Shown here in pieces: positions 25,101 through 35,202 of a DNA stretch of 64,000 nt (position 1 is the stretch's first letter; each line of letters starts with the position of its first letter). A program made the position numbers and the translations under genes. Under the pieces are notes generated by a model that worked only from the letters and a program-made list of their open reading frames with translations, did not search any database and was not told where the DNA came from. This DNA is from Macrostomum lignano (Eukaryota), in the NCBI GenBank assembly GCA_002269645.1, contig NIVC01000010.1:1240001-1304000 (forward strand), in the 5' to 3' direction.

Positions 25101-27762
25101 GGCCACCCATTCGCTATGAGGTTAGCGTCGGCTTGGCAAAGTTTGAGGAGCCTCGCGGAATACTGGATGTGGTGCATGAACGTGTTTGGCTTGATGTAGG
25201 ACTTCGGAACCAAGCAGTGGTGAACATCACAGCTGGCAGGCGACTGACGGAGCACGTAGCCTACAGGATGTTTGTTCGTGCCTGGTTCGATATGAGTACC
25301 TACGTTGTCTTCCATTCAAATGGCGTTCTTGTCAACACGCAGCCGCCGCTGGTTAATAAACATCTTGGAGTCGGTGTGAAAGACTTGTTAACACCCGAGA
25401 GCCGGCGAGATACAGATTTTGTCACAACGGCTGACATCGCTACCGTCGGTTGGAGAGGCAAGTTTTCGCAAATTAAAGACGCACCGCCGCTCTTCTATCG
25501 CGTGTCGCTGGGAAACGAGCCCGGCATGAATGACATAGCTGAAGCCATCGTTTCGTTGAACAAAAGCGCTCACACCTTTTACGAGCTTAAACTTCAGCCG
25601 GGTCGTCGTTATTTTTCAACAGTGACTGCTGTCAATGAAAACGGACTGGGGACGTCGGTATCCTCTGATGGTTTTTTGGTAGATCTAAAAAGTCCAAAAC
25701 CTGGAGTCGTCTACAACAGACTTAGTAAGCAGCGTGTATTATATGTAGTCCTAGTTCGTACCTCAAATTATAAGCTGTTGATGTTTTAATGCTCTTCACA
25801 TTCGCAGGTTTAACAGACGCTAGATACTCGCGAGAATTAAGCGAACTATCATGCAGCTGGCATGGATTTTTTGACGAAGAATCTTTCATCCAGTCATACG
25901 AGACCTGCGTAGCTACCAAGCGCGATGGAAAAGATTGCGATGCTTTCAAGTGGACTGACGTCAAGTTTCGACAAAGTGTTTCTCTACAGAGCTCCTGGCG
26001 ACATGGCCAGATGTATTTCAATCGAGTGCGAGCCATCGACGCAGCAAACCGCACTTCAGAAGCAGTGACAGGTCCTGGCATTATTCTCGACGCGACGCCT
26101 CCCTTGGCCGTAGAACGTCTTGACTTAAAACCGATCTCAATAAAGAATGGAAACTTTGAAGAGGCCGCCCAGTTACTGCGTAATTCATCTGATGCGATTA
26201 TTTCTCACTCGGATCTGATTCAATTTTGGAACGCCAATGCTTCGATTCCCCACTGGGATATTCAGGGAGGCCGCGCCATCTCTGTTCAAGTTGGAGCTTC
26301 GCTGGCTGCTGATGGCGAGTCTGCTCTAATGCTTTTCGGTCGGGTTTCTCAAACTGTCGCCACAAAGCCTAAGTGCAGGTATCGTCTGCAGCTATTTGCC
26401 TCGCCTCTACCAGTCGCGGATCCGTTGTCAGCGATGGCGGGCGGCCTGGTCACAGCTCCAGGACTGCGTCGGGCTTTCCGCTTGTACGACGACGACGCTA
26501 ATACGAGTGAAGGCGGGAAGATGCACTGGCACAGGCAGGTGTTTTACTTCACTGCTAATGCCGCAGTCTGAAATCAGCATTCAGTCGCTGTCACATCACA
26601 CCGGACTGGGTATGTGACGAGTTAGCACAGTTCAACAATTTAAGGGCAAATTACAAGAATGAAAATCTATAGCTGTGTAAACTAGGCAAAAAGGCAGGTT
26701 TGAGCTAGTCCGAGAAAAACACGAAGTGGCTAAGCCAAGCGAGATATTTTATATTTGATTTTGCAATGTACACTAGCGATTGTACACTGAGAATAAAACA
26801 CATAAATTCACGCACACGCGAGAGCGAAAATGATGCTATTTACAGCTGTATAACATTCCGACCCCCGCGGACGCTACGGACGTACCAAAAGCCAATAGAC
26901 TGCTATAACAAATGGGTACTTTTACCTATGTCGGCGGATCCGAACGCAAAAACCTATATTTTTCTTAGAATTATGTACTTTTTGCTGTCTTCGACTATAA
27001 GTCGGCGTAGCGTAACAGTGCTCATTTGTTATCGATGTCGCAGGACGCCGGAAGTGCCCCCCAGCATCTCCGACGTCGTATTGTACGAGATATTATTTTG
27101 ACTATTATTAACTTTTTTTTCCTCAGCCATCGACCTAGTATCACTGGATCTGATCGACACTAAAGCAGCCGCTTCCAACCTATCAACAAATCCAATCCAT
27201 GTGGATACCGTGGCCGCCAGAGATAGCGGCTATGTGCACGCTAGCTGGGACCTACAGGATGAGGAGAGCGGAATAAGCTCGGTACACTGGGCTGTCGGCA
27301 CGCACGCGAAGGCGTATTCAGCATGCCAGTGAAGTATGAGACAGACTAGGCCCATGGGCTAAGGTCTGCGATGCTTCACGCCTGCCCCTATCTTCAGCAG
27401 GTCAAGGCTGGTGGGAGGTCTGCACCCTCTATTTGCCTCTGGCAGCCGCAGACCCCCCCCCACGCTGTCTCGCAAGTCGACCCAGGGTACTCGTCCCCGC
27501 GTGTGTTCAAGGCAGTCCCTAGGGCTGCTGGACAGACTGGGCTCCGGCGCTGGCGACCCTATCCAGTGGCTTCGGCCGAATTTGGGTATGCGGGTCTGGC
27601 TCGCCAACCTGCAGGCCGTGGTACTGCTCAACGTACTCTCTAATGCCTAAGGTGTTGACCGTGCCGATGGGCTGGAAGGCCGGGGAGTAGTCCGGTCGCA
27701 AGCGGTCCCCCTCCTGGTGTCGGGCCAGCCTTGAGGGTGCTATTGGCCTACTGCCCGGTCAG

Positions 27763-29325
27763 GTGGAGCGGCCGGGTGGGTACCGCGCCCCTTTGAGGGT
27801 AGCCCACCAACCTTTTATCATGGCCTTCGAGCCGACTATGGATAAACAAGCTATTTCTAGGGACGGGGACCCTTCTAAACCCCAACCTCAGTCCGAAGGA
27901 CCGGCCGGCCCTGCTGGCAGATCCCAACCGACTGATTCAACTGTGGCAAAGGAAGGACCGGCTGGCTCTGCTGGCAGATCCGACCAGAGCTACCAAACTC
28001 AAAATACCCTAAGACCTGCCAGCTCCGCTGGTGGATCTAAGGGAACCGCGAGCTCTGAGCCTAAAGGACCGGCCAAATCTGGCAGATCCGATGAAGCTCA
28101 GCGGGCTCGGCTTGAGCGCAAACGCGCTAAACAACGCGCCAAAAGGCAGGCCAAGAAGGGAGCTGCGGGGGCCAAAGCGGCGGCGTCCACCATGGATGCT
28201 GAAGCGACTGGAGTCCCAAGGCAACCAGGCGGGCCGGCCGGTGGAAGCTCCAGTAGTTCAGCGGCGGCGCTCCCTGGAGCTGCTGCCGCGGCTGCTGAGG
28301 CCGAAACCACGGCGCAACAAATGGCCACTGCCAACAAGGAGGTTCCTTCGGGAGCTACCTTTGCGGCGAAGGCCAAGGCCAAAATCCCGGGAGTGATCAT
28401 CCAAGGTCGCGACCAGGACTGGACCACTGATCAGCTTCAAAAAGTGTGGAGTGCTGTTGACTCCTATCTGATTGAGCTGACTGTCGAGGAGGGAATCTCC
28501 ATCGGCGTTGAGCGGATGGTGCTGCGAAGCACATTCGTTCTTATTGCTCCTAGCAGCGAGGAGGACGCTCGGCGGCTGCTCCAGCGGCTACCGACGGTCT
28601 CCTTGGATGCTGACCTTGGTGGAGCTCTTTTTCTTCGCGAGGGCCAGCGTCCAAAGACGATACCCTATGTGGTTTTCGTCCCTGCTAAGAGCACCGCAGC
28701 TGGACCAGACGTTATTCGCCGGGTCCTACTGCGTCTGAACCCCGACCTCCCTGCTAGTGGACTGGTGTATCACCGCAAAGTCCGCAGGGGGGAGACGGGC
28801 AACTCAATTGTCCTCGGCCTTTCCAGCACTTGGGCGAGTCGGTACCCTAATGGATCCTCTTTCCAGCTGGGTGCCCTCAAGCTCAAGTTGCGCCGAGGAA
28901 AGTCTGCCAAAGGGAAGGCTACTGCCAACCCCGGCATCTCCGGCAAGAGCGGGGCGCAGTCTAAGGCCCAAGGAAAGGCGCAAGCCGATCCCAAAGCCAA
29001 AGCTGCATCTCGCCCCTCTGCTAGCAGCAGTTCGGCGACCGCGGTAACGGCTCCGGCCGAGCCCCGGGAACCAAACCTGCCAGTCGGAGAAGGAGTTGAG
29101 GACGAGGCCGGGTCTTCGGAATCCGAGCTCTCCTCGGCCACCTTGGTGGGGTCTGAAGGTAAAGATGCAGGTGAGGAAGCTTCCTCCATCCTGTCATCGG
29201 AGCCTGAGGACTCTGCTGGGGGGGCCGGTGGGGGTGAGGAGGCCATGGACGTCGACCAACTCCCATCTCCCAGTCAAGCCCCAGCGGCCTGGGACGAGGA
29301 CGATCTGTTGTCCAAGTCTCCTTGA
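27763..29325 (+). CDS. LINE ORF1 (first ATG at 27820); basic and low-complexity flanks around a central RRM/DUF4780-like core
   Basis: Long ORF ending 39 nt before ORF2; core VFVPAKST...RRVLLRLNPDL recalls LOA-clade ORF1; no CCHC knuckles seen. Confidence 0.8.
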   Translation: MERPGGYRAPLRVAHQPFIMAFEPTMDKQAISRDGDPSKPQPQSEGPAGPAGRSQPTDSTVAKEGPAGSAGRSDQSYQTQNTLRPASSAGGSKGTASSEPKGPAKSGRSDEAQRARLERKRAKQRAKRQAKKGAAGAKAAASTMDAEATGVPRQPGGPAGGSSSSSAAALPGAAAAAAEAETTAQQMATANKEVPSGATFAAKAKAKIPGVIIQGRDQDWTTDQLQKVWSAVDSYLIELTVEEGISIGVERMVLRSTFVLIAPSSEEDARRLLQRLPTVSLDADLGGALFLREGQRPKTIPYVVFVPAKSTAAGPDVIRRVLLRLNPDLPASGLVYHRKVRRGETGNSIVLGLSSTWASRYPNGSSFQLGALKLKLRRGKSAKGKATANPGISGKSGAQSKAQGKAQADPKAKAASRPSASSSSATAVTAPAEPREPNLPVGEGVEDEAGSSESELSSATLVGSEGKDAGEEASSILSSEPEDSAGGAGGGEEAMDVDQLPSPSQAPAAWDEDDLLSKSP

Positions 29326-29364
29326 TGGCCCTGGGCTCTAGCCAGATATTGCATTTAATACAGT

Positions 29365-30654
29365 ATGACTAAGCTCCACGCTGCCAAAGGAGCGACATTC
29401 TGTCTGCAAATAAATTTACAGCATTGCGTATCTGCGTCAGTAAATCTGATGAAGATTGCTGAGCTGTACAGGCCAGGCCTCATCCTGATCCAGGAACCCT
29501 GGATGCGCAACGGTAAGTTGCCCAACATTCCCTCTGGCTACTCTGATTTTTATGTGTGTGGCCCGGGGAACAGCCGCCCTAGAGCGGCTATCCTCGCTGC
29601 TAGCCATCTCCAGGCTTGGCTGAGGACTGATCTCTCTGATGGAGACCTTTGCGTCATCCAATCTAATCATTTCTCTCCGCGTACGTGTCTTGTTGCCTCG
29701 GTTTATATCCCAGGCGACAGAGACCCTGCTCCCGAGAGTTTACTGCGCCTTGCGCAGTACTGCGAGTCCCAGAACGCTGAGCTGTGCTTAGGGGGCGACC
29801 TCAACGCGCACCACAAGCACTGGGGCAGCAAAGATACCAACACTAGAGGAGAGGAGCTTCTGGCCCTCATCTCTAACACAAACCTCATGCTCTGCAACCG
29901 CGGCAGCACTCCTACCTTTAATAATGGCAGATGGACCGAGGTCCTCGACGCCACACTCGTTACCCCAAGACTCTTTGACAGAGTCAAGGAGTGGAGAGTC
30001 TGGTCTGAGGAGCCCTCCCTGTCTGACCACTGCTTTATCGCCTTTAATATCGCGGACACTAAAACCCAGTCTCCGATCACTTGGAGACGCAATATCCGCA
30101 ACACTGATTGGGCGGCCTACAAGGCTGCCCTTGATCTGCACCTGCAGGAACTCACGGACTTACGTCCGATTGAGACCTGCGAGGATGTGGATCATATGGC
30201 TGAGACGCTGACAGGTTGCATTATTGCAGCCTACGAAGCGGCTTGTCCTGCTCGCGCCTACAGAGGCAAGACCTCGGCGCCGTGGTGGAACCCGGAGCTG
30301 GGGAAACTCAGGCGGAAGGCCAAAAGCCTTCATCGCCGTGCCATGAAGACCGGAAACCCGGAGGACATGGAGCTTTTCCGGCAAGCCTCCCGCAATTTCA
30401 AATCTGAAGTGCGCAAGGCCAAGGAATGTAAGTGGCGCCAATTCTGCAATGAATTGGATCAAGACAGACCTACTTCTAGGCTTGTCAAGGCCCTTACAAT
30501 GGACAAAATGTCCAAATTAGCCATGATAAAAAAGATGATGGCTCTCTTACTAAAGACCCTGAAGAAGTGCTTCAGCATATGCTTAGCACATTCTTCCCGA
30601 GGGTACCTACTGCTAGACCGGAGCCCAACCATTCGATGGATGGAGCCACCCTAG
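29365..30654 (+). CDS. LINE ORF2, N-terminal part: apurinic-like endonuclease
   Basis: QINLQHC, LIQEPW, LGGDLNAHH..WG, PTF, VLDATL and SDH are APE motifs; the frame shifts -1 near 30528-30534. Confidence 0.92.
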   Translation: MTKLHAAKGATFCLQINLQHCVSASVNLMKIAELYRPGLILIQEPWMRNGKLPNIPSGYSDFYVCGPGNSRPRAAILAASHLQAWLRTDLSDGDLCVIQSNHFSPRTCLVASVYIPGDRDPAPESLLRLAQYCESQNAELCLGGDLNAHHKHWGSKDTNTRGEELLALISNTNLMLCNRGSTPTFNNGRWTEVLDATLVTPRLFDRVKEWRVWSEEPSLSDHCFIAFNIADTKTQSPITWRRNIRNTDWAAYKAALDLHLQELTDLRPIETCEDVDHMAETLTGCIIAAYEAACPARAYRGKTSAPWWNPELGKLRRKAKSLHRRAMKTGNPEDMELFRQASRNFKSEVRKAKECKWRQFCNELDQDRPTSRLVKALTMDKMSKLAMIKKMMALLLKTLKKCFSICLAHSSRGYLLLDRSPTIRWMEPP

Positions 30655-33104
30655 CGGCGGGCATTGTCACTGAAGACCTAATCGCTCGTGCGGTCAGAAC
30701 CTTCAAACCCTTCAAATCTCCTGGACCTGATGGTATCTACCCTGTTCTCCTTCGTGAAGCAGCCAAGATACCCTCGTTCCTGAGACTCACCCGCAATCTT
30801 ATGCGGGCCTCTATCCAGCTGGGATACGTTCCCAAAAGCTGGACTGAAGCTCGAGTAGTCTTTATTCCCAAACCTGGGAAGGGTGACTACCAAAGCGTCA
30901 AGGCCTTCCGGCCAATTAGCTTAACGTCAGCAATGCTTAAGCTCACTGAGAGGCTTATTCTCTGGCGGCTGCTCTCCTGCGAGCTGACAGCGATGCCCCT
31001 CAGCAATAATCAGCACGCCTTCCGTACCGGGAGGTCGACTGACAGCGCCCTGCATGCGATTGTCGAAAAGATTGAACGGGCGGTACTGGGTGACGGTTAC
31101 GCCCTGGCTCTCTTTCTTGACATTGTTGGCGCCTTCGACAACGTTATCTTTGAAGCGTTTCAGAGGGCCCTTCAAAATCGCAAAGCTCATGCTACCCTCA
31201 TACGGTGGATCATGTACATGATCTCCAACCGTACGGTCACTGCCCAACTTCTTGGGCAAACTGCCTCCACCAGAGTCTGTAAGGGTGGACCCCAAGGCGG
31301 AGTCCTCACCCCGACGCTCTGGAACCTGGTCATGGACGCTCTTCTGAGTGACTCCCGACCTGACCCCGTCTTCAAAGTCGGGTATGCTGATGACGTCACG
31401 GCCATTGTGGCAGGACCGTCTCCCAGCACGCTCAGGGATCTGATGCAGAGCTTTATCCGCAAAGCAGAATCCTGGGCCAATGACAATGGTTTGGAACTCT
31501 CTGAGCCCAAAACCGTTGCCATTATGTTTACCAGCAGACTACGCTGGAACATACGTCCTCTGCAGCTCTACGGCAGAGATATTGCCTTCGCGCACCAGAC
31601 CAGATGTCTCGGGGTCACACTTGACCACCGGCTCAACTGGTCCTTCCACGTGAAAGCAAAAGCTAAGCGTGCCTCAGCCATCCTGGCCCAGCTCCGACGA
31701 GCACTTGGCACTTCTTGGGGTCTATCCCCAAAGCGGCTTTGGTGGATCTATACTTCCGTAGTTAGACCTGCCATTACGTACGCCTCTGTTGTCTGGGTTA
31801 GCGCTACCCAGGTCAAAAGCCATGCAGACCTGCTCAACACGATCCAAGGCAGAGCGTGTAGGCTCATCTGCAACGCCACCAGGTCCACGCCCTTTGCTGG
31901 CATGGGGGCCTTTCTTAATCTTCCGCCTCTTGACCTCTTCATCAGGGGTGAGGCGGCTAGAACGACGCGGCGTCTAATTGATGCCGGCGTCAAATTCATT
32001 TACATGAGAGCACCTGCTAAGCGGAACCTTGTCCCGCATAGCGATCTGTGCCTCAACTTTCTCAACGAGTGTCAGGCCAATCGCGTCTTCACCGATGGCA
32101 TTGCCTCAACGCTCAACCTGAGACAGCGCTACTCCGTAGCTATCGACTCGCGCGATAACATCAATGACCATTGGAACCCTGGTGAGCTTCATTGCTACAC
32201 CGACGGTTCTAAGCAGTCAGCCAACACCGGCTTTGGTGTTGGAATCTTTCTGAACGGGAGGGTCATCGCTACCCACGCTCAATACACTGGGGTCAACTCC
32301 AGTGTTTTCCAAAATGAAGTTCTGGCCATCAGCTCCTGCACTGCAGAGCTTCTCGCCACTGGCGTTACTGGTAAGAACATCATTTTCCATTCGGACAGCC
32401 AAGCTGCCTTGCACGCCATCAGTGGCTGCAGCACCAACTCTGCTACAGTCCTTGACTGTATCAAACTCCTCAATGTGTTGGGTTCCGCCAACAAAATTAC
32501 CCTTAAGTGGGTTCCGGGGCATGTGGGGATCCGAGGAAATGAGTTGGCTGACACCCTTGCAAAAGTTGGTGCCTCCGGCTCCTCTCTCGGCCCCGAACCT
32601 CTTGTCCCGATTCCTGGCTGTGTCATCGACTCGCGCATCAAAGCGTGGATCAGGACTCAGCACCGCTCGACTTGGGCGAACCGCACGAACTGCAGGCAAT
32701 CCAGAGGCGCTGTCCCTCAGCCCTCTCACCAGCTCCGGAAGCTCCTCTTGCGCCTCTCGCGCAGAGACATCCGGGCTGCCACCATGACCCTCTCTGGTCA
32801 CGGCTGCTTCTCCAGGCACCAGTACCTGCAGGGCAACGCCACCAACGCCACCTGTAGTTTCTGCAACTCAGGTGACGAAACCGCTGAGCATTTCGTCAGC
32901 ATCTGTCCCGCCTTCACGCGGGCCAGACTCACTTACCTCGGGCCACACACATCTATTACTGAAGCGTGCAAACCCGAAAACTTTAATCAGCTCATGCGCT
33001 ACCTTCGGGCCACCCGCAGGGCTGAACTCTCCTTTCCAGAGAGCACCATAGCTGCTGGCGACACTGGGGGACCTCCCTGGGCGGCGCCAACCCTCCGTCC
33101 ATAG
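30567..33104 (+). CDS. LINE ORF2, C-terminal part: reverse transcriptase, RNase H, CCHC finger
   Basis: KSPGPDGI, RPISL, QHAFR.GRST, LDIVGAFD, PQGGVLTPTLW, YADD, LGVTLD; RNase H YTDGS...E..AI...DSQAAL...WVPGH.GI.GNELAD; CSFC...ETAEHF...C. Confidence 0.95.
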   Translation: MLQHMLSTFFPRVPTARPEPNHSMDGATLAAGIVTEDLIARAVRTFKPFKSPGPDGIYPVLLREAAKIPSFLRLTRNLMRASIQLGYVPKSWTEARVVFIPKPGKGDYQSVKAFRPISLTSAMLKLTERLILWRLLSCELTAMPLSNNQHAFRTGRSTDSALHAIVEKIERAVLGDGYALALFLDIVGAFDNVIFEAFQRALQNRKAHATLIRWIMYMISNRTVTAQLLGQTASTRVCKGGPQGGVLTPTLWNLVMDALLSDSRPDPVFKVGYADDVTAIVAGPSPSTLRDLMQSFIRKAESWANDNGLELSEPKTVAIMFTSRLRWNIRPLQLYGRDIAFAHQTRCLGVTLDHRLNWSFHVKAKAKRASAILAQLRRALGTSWGLSPKRLWWIYTSVVRPAITYASVVWVSATQVKSHADLLNTIQGRACRLICNATRSTPFAGMGAFLNLPPLDLFIRGEAARTTRRLIDAGVKFIYMRAPAKRNLVPHSDLCLNFLNECQANRVFTDGIASTLNLRQRYSVAIDSRDNINDHWNPGELHCYTDGSKQSANTGFGVGIFLNGRVIATHAQYTGVNSSVFQNEVLAISSCTAELLATGVTGKNIIFHSDSQAALHAISGCSTNSATVLDCIKLLNVLGSANKITLKWVPGHVGIRGNELADTLAKVGASGSSLGPEPLVPIPGCVIDSRIKAWIRTQHRSTWANRTNCRQSRGAVPQPSHQLRKLLLRLSRRDIRAATMTLSGHGCFSRHQYLQGNATNATCSFCNSGDETAEHFVSICPAFTRARLTYLGPHTSITEACKPENFNQLMRYLRATRRAELSFPESTIAAGDTGGPPWAAPTLRP

Positions 33105-34464
33105 CGACGCGTCGGCCGTTCAGGGACTAGCGGAATGGGCGCCCGCGCCTTCCCGCTGTGTCCCCTCCGGGACAGCCCTGCAGCTAAGTCAAAAGTCAGG
33201 GCTGTCGGCACGGTTCGTGGAGGCACTCAACTGCTACCGTTTACATACGTTGGCCCAGCCTCTGAGGCGACGGCGGAGGTTCGACTCGTTCACGGCAGCA
33301 GCGTCCATGTGTCTGTGCTAGCCAAGAACGGGGCAGGCCTGGTCCGGTTGTTCCACTCGCAGCCAAGCTTAATTGATCTCACGCCGCCAGTGATTGAATA
33401 TGTTACCGATGGCAACTCAACAGTGGATGGTAAACCTCTCGGATTGCAGGTGAGTTGTTTGCTTGTAGTGGATAGCTCCGCTATATACTTTCGACTACTT
33501 TTGAAAAAGGAAACTGTTGGGAAAGACTTCAGAGCAGGAGATGCTTGTCCTGCAGTACGAGTTGTATAAAATTGTTAAATCGAAAAAATCGGGTTTGTGA
33601 TAAGCAAACAAAACTTCGGGAGAATTCGTGCTTTGTCACGTCCTAAGCTTTGTCTGGAGCTTGAGCCATGTTAAGTAAAGTCACTTTTAACAGTTGAAGG
33701 GAATTTCACCTTTCAGGAGAGCGCTCATAAGCTGATTATTAGATTCAGCGCCAGCGATCCGGAAACTGGCCTTGCTGGCCGTTGCTTCTGGTGCTGTGGC
33801 TCCGTGCCCGGAACCTGCAATTTGGCTGCCTACATTCGCGTGCCTGACGGAGCGTTCTGGGCTACCAGGCTGATGCACGAGCCGGAAAGGCTGTCGGGCT
33901 CGCGCATCTTCAGCTCCGTTAGGTGTGGCAACGGTGCAGGACTGTGGACAGTAAAGTAAGTAGTTCATGGTTGCATGGTTGTATAGTAATATAGCTTTCT
34001 CTGGTGCTTGTGACGGCGTGTGAATATTAAATTCTGCTTTATTATTGCAACTGTGATTTACTAAATTGAACAGAAATTATGTGGTACACATGCCCTAAGC
34101 ATTCCTGTGTGGGTCCATCAAGGTTTCTTTGTGAAACTGCCAGGGAGACACCAAATGCATCATCCTACTGCTTTGCATGGGCAATGTACATGACGCAAGT
34201 ATTGTATATTGCGGCGGCAAGCACGCATATTGACCAGCAAATCTATGCCAGGTTATTTTTGTTTTTACACTCGTAAAAATTAAACTTAGGAAACGCAAAA
34301 GTTATAGTAGATCCTATCACATAGCTACAGACAACTCATTTTTAGTACGAGCTATATCGGACTAGCAATTAGCGCCCCGTGTTAGGGAGGCAACAAAGAA
34401 CGGAAAATTGTTTTAGTAAACTACATGTACATGCTGCTTCTGACCTTGCTTCAGCCATGACATT

Positions 34465-34516
34465 TCAGCAGTGCCCCCCCCCGTAAGCCTCGATATCTCA
34501 GCAATTCCCCCGTAAC
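34465..34516 (+). repeat. Dispersed ~29-bp minisatellite family, copy 3
   Basis: CCCCCCCGTAAGCCTCGATATCTCAGCAATTCCCCCGTAA. Confidence 0.6.
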
Positions 34517-35202
34517 TTATAGTAAATATTCGAGTACGAGAGGTATGAGGTAGCTATTGAACTTCGGAGATGACCATGGTTCTGATTACTTTCTACCTCT
34601 TTTACTTACTTAGTAATTCACAACTATTAAACACTTTTCCAGAGTTTCCGCTGGAATCCTAATTTACAACGGCACACCTGACGCCTCCGCTGTTAAACCC
34701 CAAAAAACTAACGCAGAGTAAAAGCAAGTGGCACAAAAGACCGGCAGACGCGGCCCAGAAAGGGAAAACGAACCCCTTAAGCGACGAAATATATTGATTT
34801 TGTAATTTAAAAGAGAAAAAAATATTTTGCCAAAATTACGCCGACTCAGCGGCCGCGACGCGTGACTAAATAGCACAGAGCGGGGGGGAGGCTGCCCTAA
34901 GCCCTGCACGCACGCAGAGCACCAGCACCCCACCAACCCACCAAAGCGAGGCCGGACCGGTGCGGGGGGGTTTAAAACCAGTTAGAGTCAGATACCTGCC
35001 TCAAACTGACGTATTAAACCCCAAAAAACTAACGCAGAGTAAAAGCAAGTGGCACAAAAGACCGGCAGACGCGGCCCAGAAAGGGAAAACGAACCCCAAC
35101 ACCAACAGAAAGAGGGAGGAAGGAGACAAGCGTGTAAAATCAAATCAACGAGCCGCAGAAAAAATTAAACCAAGCCAAAAAAGCCAGGTCCAAGCAATAG
35201 CT

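Larger units (their letters stand above)
27303..33198 (+). mobile_element. Full-length LOA/I-group non-LTR retrotransposon inserted in a coding exon, 14-bp TSD
   Basis: GGGCTGTCGGCACG at 27289-27302 and 33199-33212; ~500-nt 5' UTR, ORF1, ORF2 (APE-RT-RNase H-CCHC), 94-nt 3' UTR ending AAGTCAAAAGTCA. Removing the element and one TSD restores the host frame VHWAVGT|VRGGTQLLP. Confidence 0.95.

Noticed and set aside
13966-26571. Mid-size plus-strand ORFs (e.g. 13966, 21976, 24788, 25789) as independent genes
   Set aside because: They are exons of the single giant gene, read through into flanking introns.
28009-32857. Antisense and alternate-frame ORFs within the LINE
   Set aside because: Expected shadows of GC-rich coding sequence; no motifs.
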